Positions 8,955-19,447 of a DNA stretch of 47,503 bases are shown piece after piece; positions within the stretch are counted from its first letter, which is position 1; the number at the start of each line of letters is the position of its first letter. The stretch comes from a virus (Duplodnaviria; Caudoviricetes). The stretch spans positions 1 to 47,503 of IMG/VR virus record IMGVR_UViG_3300032227_001499; one strand, given 5' to 3'. A model generated the notes under the pieces. That model was not told the DNA's origin. It worked only from the letters and a program-made list of their open reading frames with translations, and made no database searches. The translations under genes and the position numbers were made by a program.

Positions 8955-8962
8955 TATTTATA
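8955..8962 (-). promoter_or_regulatory. T4-type late promoter-like TATAAATA
   Basis: Exact TATAAATA on the minus strand ending 4 nt before ATG 8950. Confidence 0.45.
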
Positions 8963-9003
8963 ATTCAAGACATAAATAATGTTTGCAGACACTTAAATAT
9001 AGT

Positions 9004-9438
9004 ATGGCTGATAAAAACGAAACCATTCCTATACCTCCTGTAAGTGTAGTTGTGGCTAACCAAAACAATCTAGACGAATGTCCAATAACAGATACAGATC
9101 TGCATACAATATATGCAGAAATATTAGATGATATCAGAAATGATAGAAGCGAAATAGATAGTTTGTTAAATAATTTCGTAGAAATGGTATTAAATGAAGG
9201 TGATAGTTCTTCTGCTAGTAAAGAAGCAATAGTTAATTTAATTAAAACAAAATCAGATTTAGCCGACAAAAAAACAAAAATAGCAGACCTTATGACATCT
9301 TTAAGAATGAAAGACAAATCTATAGTAGGAAAAGTACAAACAAATCAAACAAATCATATTCATATTACAGATAAAAGAAACTTAATTGACAGTCTGACTA
9401 AATACAATAAGGCTAAGAAGGAGAATGAAAATGGCTAA
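9004..9438 (+). CDS. Hypothetical helical protein
   Basis: ORF with ATG at 9004, preceded by TTAAATA; divergent from the 8950 gene. Confidence 0.7.
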   Translation: MADKNETIPIPPVSVVVANQNNLDECPITDTDLHTIYAEILDDIRNDRSEIDSLLNNFVEMVLNEGDSSSASKEAIVNLIKTKSDLADKKTKIADLMTSLRMKDKSIVGKVQTNQTNHIHITDKRNLIDSLTKYNKAKKENENG

Positions 9439-10732
9439 GTGGGCATCTATAAACGATTGGCTGATAAAAGAAGAAGATGTATTGTCATCTCCTATGGACC
9501 CGGCTGCTGGTCAACCACCTTCTGATGTGAACCCTGCTGGTATGCCAGGTGCTGGTGCCGGTGGTTTCCCAATTCCAAATCAATCTGCAATTCCTTCTCC
9601 TATGGATACTAAAGCTCCTCCAATGGAAGCAACTCCTCCAGATCCTGAATCGCCAGATATGCCAGAGGAAAAATCTCAGGTAAATTTTGAACAATGGAAG
9701 GCTGCATTTTTCAGAGATAGCATAAAAGGTGATGTAAATGAATTGATTGAGAAAATTCAAAAAGTTAGAAATGACGATTTTGATTCCTATCAAAGAAAAT
9801 TTGTTGAAGATAACCTTCAAGTATTATTCTTAAGACAAAATGCCAATATCGAAAAAGCATCCCAAGGTATTCGCAAAAAAGTAAGAGAAGAATTAGATAG
9901 AAATAATCCTTCTGTAAGTCTAGTCAATCATATGACATCAGAACTCCAATCTATGCCTGAACTTACCAACATTTTTGTAAAAATGATTGGATTATATAGC
10001 ACCAAAGGAGATGCTCATAGAAAATATTTGGCATCTTTGCTAGGAGCAGTTCAAGTTGGAAGCGGTGGTCAAAATGAAGATATTATCCTAAATCAAAAAG
10101 ATTTTTCTATCAAAATTTCAACCCGTATGAACGCCAAATTTGGTATGATCGATATGGGACGATGGTCTATGACAAAAGATGATCAAGAAGATTATCTATC
10201 TGAATCCGAATTAGAAAGATTAGAAGACGGAAGCCCAGAAGAAAGAGATGTTCTAAGAAAAAGAATTATGATAGAAAGTATTTCTTCATACTTTAAAAAG
10301 AGAGCCTTTATAGTGAATGTAGTTAATACAGATGGAACTGTTTTTTACATTGGATTAGATTTCTCAAATGCACTAAGAGAAGCATATAATAGCGGAAAAC
10401 TAATAATCAAAACATCTGTAAATGATAGTTCTGAAGCAATGTATAATACTGATGGCGAATTAGTCCAAATAATGGATTTGAAAATTATGTATGAAAAAGA
10501 TACTGGCAAAACAGATGCAGAAGGAAAACCAGAAAAAGAAGAACTTGAATTTATAACAAGAAGAGAAGGAATGCTATTTTTAAATGCTTCTCTTGAAGTT
10601 CTTAAAGAAACTAGTTCGGCTTTTCAAGGTATCATAATAAAAGAAACGCCATATACGGGAAATCCAAGTGATTTAATGGCTCTAACAAGATGTGTTCCTT
10701 CCATAACTGAGACATTGTTAAGAAATTGCTAA
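9431..10732 (+). CDS. Hypothetical acidic protein with Pro/Gly-rich disordered N-terminus (possible head/core protein)
   Basis: Long ORF; AAGGAG 7 nt upstream of ATG 9431; SINDWLIKEE N-terminal motif. Confidence 0.75.
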   Translation: MAKWASINDWLIKEEDVLSSPMDPAAGQPPSDVNPAGMPGAGAGGFPIPNQSAIPSPMDTKAPPMEATPPDPESPDMPEEKSQVNFEQWKAAFFRDSIKGDVNELIEKIQKVRNDDFDSYQRKFVEDNLQVLFLRQNANIEKASQGIRKKVREELDRNNPSVSLVNHMTSELQSMPELTNIFVKMIGLYSTKGDAHRKYLASLLGAVQVGSGGQNEDIILNQKDFSIKISTRMNAKFGMIDMGRWSMTKDDQEDYLSESELERLEDGSPEERDVLRKRIMIESISSYFKKRAFIVNVVNTDGTVFYIGLDFSNALREAYNSGKLIIKTSVNDSSEAMYNTDGELVQIMDLKIMYEKDTGKTDAEGKPEKEELEFITRREGMLFLNASLEVLKETSSAFQGIIIKETPYTGNPSDLMALTRCVPSITETLLRNC

Positions 10733-10741
10733 AGGAAAAAA

Positions 10742-11311
10742 ATGAGCAGAACATTTTTAGAATTCTTCAAAAGAGATGAAACTATTTCAAAGCAACATTT
10801 AAAATTGCTAAAAAAAATATTTGAGGAAGATGGAATGTATACTCAAGATTTTTGCGAAGATGAAGATTCAGAACCTTACATTTTTGTTATGGCACCTAGT
10901 GATCTTAGTTTTCAAGGTTTAAGGTTTTACCAAAAAGGTAATATCTTAGCGTATAGAGTTCAAAAAGCACCTAAAACTGTTCCTTATGGCAAACCATACG
11001 AATTAGATTTACAACAAATGATCGATGACATTTTACTTTCAGAAAAAGACAAAATGAAAGCAACAGAAAAACTAGCTGCTCAAATTTGTAAAAAAATAAA
11101 AGAATTTTTCAAGAAAACCAAAAGCGCAGAAGACAGAATTATTGATTCAGAACTATCTGATAATGGATTGGACGGCTCTGGCAAAATCACAATAAGAAAT
11201 GCCGATAATGAACCGACCAATCCAAAAGCATCAAACCAAAATCCCATGATTGTTAAATTGGGTGGAACAGATTATTCCAACAATCTAACAAATAGCAATA
11301 CAAGCAATTAA
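10742..11311 (+). CDS. Hypothetical protein, possible internal head protein
   Basis: AAAGGA RBS; N-terminus MSRTFLEFFKRDE. Confidence 0.7.
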   Translation: MSRTFLEFFKRDETISKQHLKLLKKIFEEDGMYTQDFCEDEDSEPYIFVMAPSDLSFQGLRFYQKGNILAYRVQKAPKTVPYGKPYELDLQQMIDDILLSEKDKMKATEKLAAQICKKIKEFFKKTKSAEDRIIDSELSDNGLDGSGKITIRNADNEPTNPKASNQNPMIVKLGGTDYSNNLTNSNTSN

Positions 11312-12192
11312 TTGCCGTCTTGAAAAATGCTTCCGGGGAATTCATCAAAGACTCTTCTCCAGTATTCTTGATGCGCTCCATTCCAAACAGGATCGTCACC
11401 AGATAATCCGCTTTCTAGTTTTCTAGCAGATTTTATAATCTTGCTAGTTTTTTCTTTGTTCTCTTTTAGAAACTGAGCATACCTTTGAAGTTCTGGAACT
11501 CTATTCTGCAATTCTTCAATTTCTCTTTCTAATTTTGCTGCAGATTGGACAAGTTCAGTAACTTTGGAAGTACAAATCTCACGAAGTGATACGATAGCTT
11601 TGTTATTTTCCAAAATATTTTTAATAATATTAATCTTGCTAATGTATTCTCCGTTACCAGATCTGTATACTTGTTCGTAATCCGTACATAACATTTTATA
11701 TAAATTTAAATCCCATCCAGTATGGGTCTTGGAATAATAAGGACAATAAAATCTATCTTCCTCCCTCAGAACTTTATATCTTTTAATAATGTCTTTTCTT
11801 TCTTCAACTTCTCTATCTCTATCTCTTTCTCTTTTTTCTTTATTCTCTGGTGATTCTACAAATCCAGTATCAAAAGGCAAATCATCAACATAAGGATTCA
11901 CTAAGGAATCAATTTCAATTTCGTTTTTCTTAATTATGTTTCTGTTTATAGCATTGTGATCTACCAAAATCATATCATGATGGGTTGCACAGCATGGGCA
12001 ATATTGGTTGTTTAGCCATCTATATTCTTGTTCTAAATGTTTGAAAATATTATAATCTTCAAACATATCATTTTCAGAACAATACTCTGGTCTTTTTTGA
12101 TCGCTTTCAAACGAATTCAAAGACTTGTAATTTGTATTCAAGAAAAATGGCATTTTCCTGAAATCAGAATGGATGCGAGTAATGTCAATCAT
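11308..12192 (-). CDS. Hypothetical protein with CPCC-x2-HH motif and coiled coil
   Basis: 294-aa ORF with GAGGAG RBS; opposite orientation to its neighbours. Confidence 0.7.
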   Translation of the reverse strand: MIDITRIHSDFRKMPFFLNTNYKSLNSFESDQKRPEYCSENDMFEDYNIFKHLEQEYRWLNNQYCPCCATHHDMILVDHNAINRNIIKKNEIEIDSLVNPYVDDLPFDTGFVESPENKEKRERDRDREVEERKDIIKRYKVLREEDRFYCPYYSKTHTGWDLNLYKMLCTDYEQVYRSGNGEYISKINIIKNILENNKAIVSLREICTSKVTELVQSAAKLEREIEELQNRVPELQRYAQFLKENKEKTSKIIKSARKLESGLSGDDPVWNGAHQEYWRRVFDEFPGSIFQDGN

Positions 12193-12247
12193 AACGAATC
12201 TCCTCTGCTTTCATTTTAGGATGGGTCAACGAAAAAACAATAAAAAT

Positions 12248-12255
12248 TATAAATA
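12248..12255 (+). promoter_or_regulatory. T4-type late promoter-like TATAAATA heading the tail operon
   Basis: Exact TATAAATA ending 5 nt before ATG 12261; no Shine-Dalgarno in between. Confidence 0.5.
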
Positions 12256-12260
12256 TATTT

Positions 12261-12803
12261 ATGGCTGAAAATTTTCCTATAGGTGCCGGGGCTATAAATC
12301 CAGCAGATCAACTTTTTCAAGGCGTAAATTCCGCTAAAATATTGTCTGAAAAAGCAAATCAATTTGGACCATCTGTAAAAAGATTGGGACCAGGTAGCCT
12401 AGTTCAATTCACATACATATTTGCAGAACCTGGTCACGATAAAAATCCTCTTGTATTAATTACAAGGCTAATGAATAACTATATTAAAGGGATTAATTTG
12501 CATTATCTTTCATTCCCGGTAATAAAAAATATTTTACAACCCTCTGGTATGAATGCTTGCAACAATCCTAATTTTTCTTATAACATGATAAAAACAAATA
12601 GAGCAATACCAGATGCTTTTAAGTTAAGACAATATAAAAAAATAGGAATAAGTAGATTGAAAATTATGGACTGTAATTTTATATTAAATGTTATGGGGAC
12701 TGTAAGGGCAATAGACCCTCAAGAAGTTGAAGCGATTAGAAATACTATTCGTGATCAACTAAGTAGAACTATAAATCAAAATGTACCGGGTACAGTTGGA
12801 TAA
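12261..12803 (+). CDS. T4 gp2-like DNA end protector
   Basis: PGSLVQFTY...D..PLVLI......KGINLHYL...RQY resembles the gp2 GxNLHYL motif. Confidence 0.6.
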   Translation: MAENFPIGAGAINPADQLFQGVNSAKILSEKANQFGPSVKRLGPGSLVQFTYIFAEPGHDKNPLVLITRLMNNYIKGINLHYLSFPVIKNILQPSGMNACNNPNFSYNMIKTNRAIPDAFKLRQYKKIGISRLKIMDCNFILNVMGTVRAIDPQEVEAIRNTIRDQLSRTINQNVPGTVG

Positions 12804-12806
12804 TAA

Positions 12807-15800
12807 ATGGCTGATGCTGTAGATGGAATGGGTAGAACAGTTGATTTGTCAGGTAAAAGCCTTAATGATTTAAAGGCTATGATTGGAAGCTTAATGTCTG
12901 GTAAAGTTGGAGAATCAAAGCCTTTTAATAATGCATCGAAAACGAATGACAAATTAAAAGATTTAGTAGATGAATTAGTAAAAACTAGCAAGAATTTTAA
13001 GTCCCAAGTTGATGGCATAAAAGATTATGTTCAGACCATGAAGTCTATTTTAAAGAGTGTAAAAGAAGGAAGTAAAAGTGGTGGTGATTTTGAAAGCGTT
13101 ACAAAAAGCATAGTAAAAGCTTTGGGAAAAAAAGATGCTTCGAAATCAACAGCTAGTGTAATGACACAGATAATATCTACAAATAAATCAATAGCTAGAG
13201 AAATAAAAGGGCTACGCAATATAATGGCTCCTTTAGCTAAAGCTGGTTTAGAAAAAGGTAGTATCTATGTTCACGATATATATGTTCAAGAACTTCTAAG
13301 GAAAATAGCCCAAAAACAAGGTGTTTCTGGCTTGGATGAAATACCAAATGAATTTAAAAGAATTTCTGATATAATTAAAGCTAGTCTTGGTGGAGCAACA
13401 CCTACAGCAGAAGATTTTAATAAGATTCTTAATAAAGAAAATAAAAGAGTATTTAAAGAAGAACAAAGAAAAGGAATAAGAATACATCGTAGTGATTTGA
13501 AAAATATTACTAGCTATTTTAACAAAAGCAAATTTGTTGATAAATTAACAGCAGACTTTGACGAAAATAAATCAAAAGACATAGCAAATGAAATTCAAAA
13601 TTTAACCAAACAAGGAAAAACATGGACTGAGATAAAAAACAATCTTAAATCATCAGGATATTCAAGTAGCGAAATTAGCAAAATAAAACAAGCAGCAGAA
13701 GAAACCAAAAAAGAAGATAAGTCTGAAAATTATAATAGAAGAGGATTGCATGATTTACAATCAGCAATTGATAAATTTGCTGGTGGATTATTAAAAATAG
13801 ACAAAAAAGAAGATTTGACTGATTATTTTAGTGCGAAAAAAATGTTTGCCGAACCAATAGCAAACTTCAATGAATATAGAAGAATTTTATATCAAACAAG
13901 TGGTGCTGCAATGGAATCTGCAAAAGCACAAAGAGCAATATTCGATGCTTTAGAAGCAACTAAAGAAGTTGGCGTAGATCAAGATAAAATTGAAAAAAGC
14001 ATCATGAAAAACATGAAGTTTGGATTGAAACTAAATAAAGATAATTTAAATGTAACAAAATCACAGCTTGCAGCAGAAAGAGAATTAGGACTAGAAGCTG
14101 ATGATTTAAATGATTATTTTAGAGATTTCTCAATGCATTTTGGATTAAGTTCAACACAAATTGGAAAGATAAGTACAGACTTGGCTCATGTGGCTAAAAA
14201 CGCTGGTCTTACCGGCGAAGCAATGAAATCAGTTATAGATAAATCCAGAGAACTTTCAAAAACAATAAAAGGACTTGGAACATACACAGAATCTTCAAAT
14301 GCAAATATAACATCTATTTTGGCAGAAGCTCAAAAAATGGGTGTTTCAGATTCCGCTGCCGAAGTGATTAAAGGAATGTCTGGATTAACTAATTTTCTAG
14401 ACAGCAAAATGGCTCCAATTATTGGAAGAATAGCAGATGATGCAGGAGTTTTTGGCTCTTTAAAAACCGGGCAGTTGTTTGAAAATCCTAAAAAAGTTGA
14501 AGCTTTTGGAAAATCATGGAAAAACTTTACAAAAGACATAACAGGTCTTGATGGCTTGGATGCTCTAAAAGAATTAGCATACCAAGCAGAAGTAGCTGGG
14601 GAAGGCAGTGACGCTCAATTAAAACTTTTAAAACTACAACAAAAAGTTAATGCCGCAACAGGCGGACAAATGCAATTAAGAGATTTAATTGCTATGGGCG
14701 AAAGTTTTGACAAAGCTTCTATGAGTGTTACTAGAAGATTAAAAGATTTAGCGGAAAAAGAAGCTCAAGGATTTTTAACAAAAGAAGAAGCCGAAAAAGA
14801 AAGATTAAGACAGACTGGTAAGTCATATTCGGATATGGCAAATTTGTATGCAAAAGCCAAAGCGAATTCAAAAACAGCCGAAGAAGCATTGGCAAACTTT
14901 AACCAAAGTATGCAAGATAATTTTTCAACTGAAGACATAACAACTCTTTATGGAAAAGGAACAGCTTCGCCAAAAGAAGCAATTTCAAAATATGTTGAAT
15001 CAATAAATGATCAACTTGGCAAAGCCAAAATGGAAAAATTAGGAATTCAAGAGTCGGATATAGAAGCGGCTTTATCTGGAGGAAAAGAAACTTTTGATAA
15101 GTTCTTGAGCAATCTGCAAGAAGTAGAAAGGAAAGCATTAACAGCACAACAAGCTTTGGCAAACCCAATAGATCAAGCAGCACTAGATGTTAGAAATTTA
15201 ACATCAACCTTGAGAAAAATATTTTTAGTAGATCTGTGGGATAGTTTGGAAAAAATATTTGGAAAATATATTTATCTACTAGCAACAGGAGCAGTAGTTT
15301 TAAGTTCTGCCGCTGTATTTTTCATGAAATTTTCAAAAAGCGGATTGCAGAGAATGTTTAGAAATTTAACAGGAAATATATCTGCGATTTTTTCTGGTAT
15401 TCAAGGTCTGGGCATATCTGATAAAATAAGAAGTGTTCTTACTTTCGTAGAAAAAAAAATAATGTCTTTGGGTAGAGGAATAAGAGACTTTTTAACCACT
15501 CCAATATCACAATTAATCGATCATGTAAGAAATTTCCTACCTTCTTTTCAACAAATAAGAAATGCGACAAGTTCTTTTTTTAGCAATTTGTGGGGAACCA
15601 TATGGAATTTTGGAACACTATTAAAAGATTCTGCAAGAGGTATATTTGATTCTATTCTTGATAGTTTCCGTTCTGGCGGATCGATAAATAATTTGTCTAG
15701 AAGATTAAGAGATTGGTTTGCTTTGCTAGGAACAAGACCTCTTCAAGCTTTAAATAATGCAGGCAGATTAATTGTAGACAGTTTTAGAAACATAATGGCT

Positions 15801-18479
15801 ACTGGAAGAGTCGCCATTACAGGAGTATTTACAGGATTGAGAGCAGCCATTCTTGGAGGAACTGGTGGCGTTGCCCAAATAGTATTTTCTGCAATTGATG
15901 GTATTTTTGGTGCTTTTAAAGGGTTTCAAAATACAGAAAGAAACTTCAATGCATTAGGAGTCAGCACCAAAGAGATAACAAAAGAAATGTATTTAGCATC
16001 TACAGTAGGCGGTGCTCTTACAGGAATATTAGATGGTCTTACTTTTGGATTATTAAGGGTTAGCGGTGGAGCAGAATTTGTCGAGAAGTTTTTAACAGCT
16101 TTAGCATATTCAATTACTAGAATCTTTGTTGGAATATATGAAGGGTTTGTGTATTTCATGCAATTTATGGATCCTGTTATAGATTCTTTTAAGTTTTTGG
16201 GGAATTCATTAGCAGAACTTTTTGGAATGGCGGGTGAAGGTGGAGTAAAAATAGAGGGATTCTTTAATGTAATGGCTTCTATTGGAAGATTTATTGGAAA
16301 TGTATTAGGAACTGCTTTTGTTGGATTGTCTTATGTTTTAGCTGGGCTGGCATATGCTATAGGAGGAATAGTAAAAGCAGTTAAATTTGTTTTGCCAGTA
16401 ATAACATATCCTTTTAAATTGCTTGCAAAAGGCGTTGGAATAGTTTATGATTGGTTTGTATGGCTTTATGATGTTTTGGTAGGGCATTCAATTATTCCAG
16501 ATTTGGCATATGCCATAGTAAAAATATTTACATTTATGGCAAAAGCTGTTCTAAAAACTTTAGGTTTCATGTTGAAACTGCCATTCAAAATCATGATGTT
16601 TTTTGCGAAATTACCATTTAGAATTATGGGATTCCTTTTTAAAGCATTCTTTAAAGCATTTGTTGTTTTGCCACTTAAAATACTTGACATGTTGTCTGGT
16701 GGCATGTTGAGCAAACTCATGGGACTAGGCAAACTTATATGGAATGGTATAATAAATATTTTATCTAATATTTTATCTAGTATTTTATCTAGTATAAAAG
16801 ATTATTTGGCTTCTCTTTTCCAATCTGTTCTTGCTTTTTTAATTAGAATTGGAAAGTTAATTTTGGAATCATTGAAAAATCTTATACCAAGAATGTTATC
16901 TGGTTTAAAAGCTTTGTTTTCCCCAATTATTGGATTTATTGACAATTTTATTTTATCTCCTCTTAAAGCTGGCTTTGTAAAACTCATTGGTTTTATAACA
17001 AATGCTTTAGCGAAAATTGGTATTGGAGCAGGGGCGGCTGGTGCTGCTGCTCTTGCTGCAAAAGGTGCAATAAAACCGGGTACTCCACAAACTATAAAAG
17101 CTCCAGCTACTGTAGCTCCAGGAGGAAAGGATTTAGCAAAACAAGCAGGTAAAGAAGTTGCAAAGCAAACAGGAGAAGAGATTGCAAAGCAGACTGGAAA
17201 AGAAATTGCCAAACAAGCGGGAAAAGAAGTTGCTACGCAAACTGGTAAAGAAGTTGCAAAACAAGCTGGCAAAAGTATTTTTTCAAAAATGGGCGGATAT
17301 GCTTTGCAACTTGGCAAGCTTACAACCAAAATGGTATCTGGAATGCCCATAATTGGTGGCGCAATAGATGCAGGAATTGGGTTGCTGACAGGAGAAAAAT
17401 TCCAAGATGCATTTGCTGGTGGTGTGGGGGCTACTGTTGGAGGTGTTTTAGGTGCTCTTGGCGGTCCTTGGGGAGCGGCGCTTGGATCTATGGCAGGAGG
17501 ATATCTTGGTAGAGAATTTTCTGGGTTTGTAGATAGAATAATGCCAGAAATACGCAGCAAAGAGAGAATTAAAGCAGAAAAAGATTTGAGTGATTTTGTA
17601 TCTACACATAAAAAAGCTGTTCAATTAGAACAGCAAGGTAAAACAAAGCCTCAAATAGAACGACAACTTGCTCAAGACCAACTTGCACAAGGCAAATCTG
17701 TAAAAGAAGTAAGCGAAATGAAAGTCGTTGGAAAAGAAAGGACAAAAATATCTCCAGAACAAATGGATGATGCTATTAAGCGAGAAGCCAAAAGAGTTGG
17801 GGAAAATCATTTAAAGTTATATGATAAAGATATAAAAATCCAAGCCGCCAATGAGGCTGCTTACAAAGTTCCCGGTCGGTTTTTTTACGATGCGGACAAA
17901 CGAAAGCAAGCAGAAGAAGAGGCATATGCGAGAATAAAAAGAGATACAGCCGCTTCTGCAGAAGCAACATGGATGACTAACAATGCAAATAAAAGAAGAG
18001 AGCAATTTAGCAAATATGGAGAAGCTGTCGAGTATAATTTGGAAAAAGGTTTAGAAAAATCAGTTCCTAGCGAAAGTTTGCAGTCAGTTCCTTATTCAAA
18101 TAATTCAAATGTTGGCTCTGGTAATCCAATAGCGCAGCCAGCAGCGGCATCTAATTCTGCAACAAGGTCTTCTGCTTCCAAAAATGAAATGGAAAGAGCA
18201 GCAAATACAAACGCAAAGCTTGCTGCTGCCAATTCAAATAAATTGTCAGGTATTGAAGAAAATACATCTGCACAAACAAAAGCTTTGGATGAAACAAACT
18301 CGCAGTTGCGGGCATTAAATAACAAGATGGCTATGCTAGCTGAAGGAGGAGGTAGCATGTCAGATGATTCCGCCCCTTATGAGTCAACTAAACCTTCTGC
18401 AACTACAGGCAAAATGACTAATGGAAACATGAACTCTACAGCTATAAGAAATAGCCAATTTGAAAGTAATACTAAATAG
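12807..18479 (+). CDS. Tail tape measure protein
   Basis: 1890 aa, Ala/Gly/Lys-rich helical; hydrophobic amphipathic central block; LVGHSIIPDL motif; glycine-zipper GAxxGGxxG near the C-terminus; directly upstream of baseplate genes. Confidence 0.9.
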   Translation: MADAVDGMGRTVDLSGKSLNDLKAMIGSLMSGKVGESKPFNNASKTNDKLKDLVDELVKTSKNFKSQVDGIKDYVQTMKSILKSVKEGSKSGGDFESVTKSIVKALGKKDASKSTASVMTQIISTNKSIAREIKGLRNIMAPLAKAGLEKGSIYVHDIYVQELLRKIAQKQGVSGLDEIPNEFKRISDIIKASLGGATPTAEDFNKILNKENKRVFKEEQRKGIRIHRSDLKNITSYFNKSKFVDKLTADFDENKSKDIANEIQNLTKQGKTWTEIKNNLKSSGYSSSEISKIKQAAEETKKEDKSENYNRRGLHDLQSAIDKFAGGLLKIDKKEDLTDYFSAKKMFAEPIANFNEYRRILYQTSGAAMESAKAQRAIFDALEATKEVGVDQDKIEKSIMKNMKFGLKLNKDNLNVTKSQLAAERELGLEADDLNDYFRDFSMHFGLSSTQIGKISTDLAHVAKNAGLTGEAMKSVIDKSRELSKTIKGLGTYTESSNANITSILAEAQKMGVSDSAAEVIKGMSGLTNFLDSKMAPIIGRIADDAGVFGSLKTGQLFENPKKVEAFGKSWKNFTKDITGLDGLDALKELAYQAEVAGEGSDAQLKLLKLQQKVNAATGGQMQLRDLIAMGESFDKASMSVTRRLKDLAEKEAQGFLTKEEAEKERLRQTGKSYSDMANLYAKAKANSKTAEEALANFNQSMQDNFSTEDITTLYGKGTASPKEAISKYVESINDQLGKAKMEKLGIQESDIEAALSGGKETFDKFLSNLQEVERKALTAQQALANPIDQAALDVRNLTSTLRKIFLVDLWDSLEKIFGKYIYLLATGAVVLSSAAVFFMKFSKSGLQRMFRNLTGNISAIFSGIQGLGISDKIRSVLTFVEKKIMSLGRGIRDFLTTPISQLIDHVRNFLPSFQQIRNATSSFFSNLWGTIWNFGTLLKDSARGIFDSILDSFRSGGSINNLSRRLRDWFALLGTRPLQALNNAGRLIVDSFRNIMATGRVAITGVFTGLRAAILGGTGGVAQIVFSAIDGIFGAFKGFQNTERNFNALGVSTKEITKEMYLASTVGGALTGILDGLTFGLLRVSGGAEFVEKFLTALAYSITRIFVGIYEGFVYFMQFMDPVIDSFKFLGNSLAELFGMAGEGGVKIEGFFNVMASIGRFIGNVLGTAFVGLSYVLAGLAYAIGGIVKAVKFVLPVITYPFKLLAKGVGIVYDWFVWLYDVLVGHSIIPDLAYAIVKIFTFMAKAVLKTLGFMLKLPFKIMMFFAKLPFRIMGFLFKAFFKAFVVLPLKILDMLSGGMLSKLMGLGKLIWNGIINILSNILSSILSSIKDYLASLFQSVLAFLIRIGKLILESLKNLIPRMLSGLKALFSPIIGFIDNFILSPLKAGFVKLIGFITNALAKIGIGAGAAGAAALAAKGAIKPGTPQTIKAPATVAPGGKDLAKQAGKEVAKQTGEEIAKQTGKEIAKQAGKEVATQTGKEVAKQAGKSIFSKMGGYALQLGKLTTKMVSGMPIIGGAIDAGIGLLTGEKFQDAFAGGVGATVGGVLGALGGPWGAALGSMAGGYLGREFSGFVDRIMPEIRSKERIKAEKDLSDFVSTHKKAVQLEQQGKTKPQIERQLAQDQLAQGKSVKEVSEMKVVGKERTKISPEQMDDAIKREAKRVGENHLKLYDKDIKIQAANEAAYKVPGRFFYDADKRKQAEEEAYARIKRDTAASAEATWMTNNANKRREQFSKYGEAVEYNLEKGLEKSVPSESLQSVPYSNNSNVGSGNPIAQPAAASNSATRSSASKNEMERAANTNAKLAAANSNKLSGIEENTSAQTKALDETNSQLRALNNKMAMLAEGGGSMSDDSAPYESTKPSATTGKMTNGNMNSTAIRNSQFESNTK
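17124..17273 (+). repeat. 24-bp (8-aa) tandem repeat G[KE][DE][LVI]A[KT]Q[AT] x6 within the tape measure
   Basis: GKDLAKQA GKEVAKQT GEEIAKQT GKEIAKQA GKEVATQT GKEVAKQA. Confidence 0.9.
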
Positions 18480-18528
18480 TACAGGTTTCTAATTAAAATT
18501 AATAACTATATTATAGGGGAGATATAAT

Positions 18529-19110
18529 ATGCCACTAGGTACACAAGGACAGACTAATTATAAATTAGCACAACTAAAAGATTGCTATATAAGAGTTCCT
18601 CAATTGTTGGATTTTAATATTGGAATCATTCCAATAACTGCTCCTTTTTACATTTTCATGAATAACTTGCCAGATATTACAGATACTCATGACGCACAAT
18701 TTGGTGATCAAAACGGAATTGGCAGATCAATGCCATTAAAAACATTTGGACAAGGCGGACCCAGAGTTATTAATTGGACAGTAAATTTTATTGCAGAAAC
18801 AGAAGAAGAGGCAGAGAGAAATTTAACTAAATTCAGAGCTTTAGCAGCATGTACATATCCTAGAAAAATTACTAGAAACGACATGCCTTATATGCCTCCA
18901 CCTATGGTTTATATTAAGTGTGGAAAACTACTTGCAAATGAAGAATTGTGTGCTGTTGTAAAAAGTTATAATGTCAAATGGCCAAAAGATGTGCCTTGGA
19001 CAGAAAAATATTATATTCCTTATAGATTTGAAGTTGCAGTTACTTTAGAAGTTGTTTATGTCGCAGGCAATATGCCTGGAGCGGAACGAATATTTACTAG
19101 AGGCGGTTAA
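18529..19110 (+). CDS. Tail tube initiator/baseplate-tube junction protein (contractile-system tube-like)
   Basis: GRSMP...F..GGPR.I.W...F...L.A.TYP.......PPP.V.IKCG....CAVVKSYNV.W...P....V.V.L.V pattern; position after the tape measure; GGGGAG RBS. Confidence 0.7.
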   Translation: MPLGTQGQTNYKLAQLKDCYIRVPQLLDFNIGIIPITAPFYIFMNNLPDITDTHDAQFGDQNGIGRSMPLKTFGQGGPRVINWTVNFIAETEEEAERNLTKFRALAACTYPRKITRNDMPYMPPPMVYIKCGKLLANEELCAVVKSYNVKWPKDVPWTEKYYIPYRFEVAVTLEVVYVAGNMPGAERIFTRGG

Positions 19111-19112
19111 CA

Positions 19113-19445
19113 ATGGCTAATACTATAGAAACATACAATATTATAGATTCAAGAAATTTTACTGTACGATCAAGTAGGTATTTAAATTCTCGCATATATT
19201 ATTACGGTGGCGATAAAAAAATAACATATGAAACATATAAAAGAAGAACTTATGCTTATTCCGATAGTGACAAATTCTATGAGATAAATCCGGGTTTAAA
19301 TTATAGACCTGATTTGGTAAGTAATAATTTTTATGGAGTTCCAGATTATTGGTGGTTGATTATGGAATATAATGGAATTTATGATATATTTGATTTTACT
19401 TCTGGTAAAATAATAAGACTTCCTCCAGTTACCGAAATTACATAA
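19113..19445 (+). CDS. T4 gp53-like/LysM baseplate wedge protein
   Basis: YRPDLVSNNFYG..DYWWLIMEYNGIYD...F..G..IRLP. Confidence 0.85.
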   Translation: MANTIETYNIIDSRNFTVRSSRYLNSRIYYYGGDKKITYETYKRRTYAYSDSDKFYEINPGLNYRPDLVSNNFYGVPDYWWLIMEYNGIYDIFDFTSGKIIRLPPVTEIT

Positions 19446-19447
19446 CT

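Noticed and set aside
16802-17560. 252-aa antisense ORF in the tape measure
   Set aside because: Mirror of Gly/Ala-rich codons; no RBS or recognisable motif.
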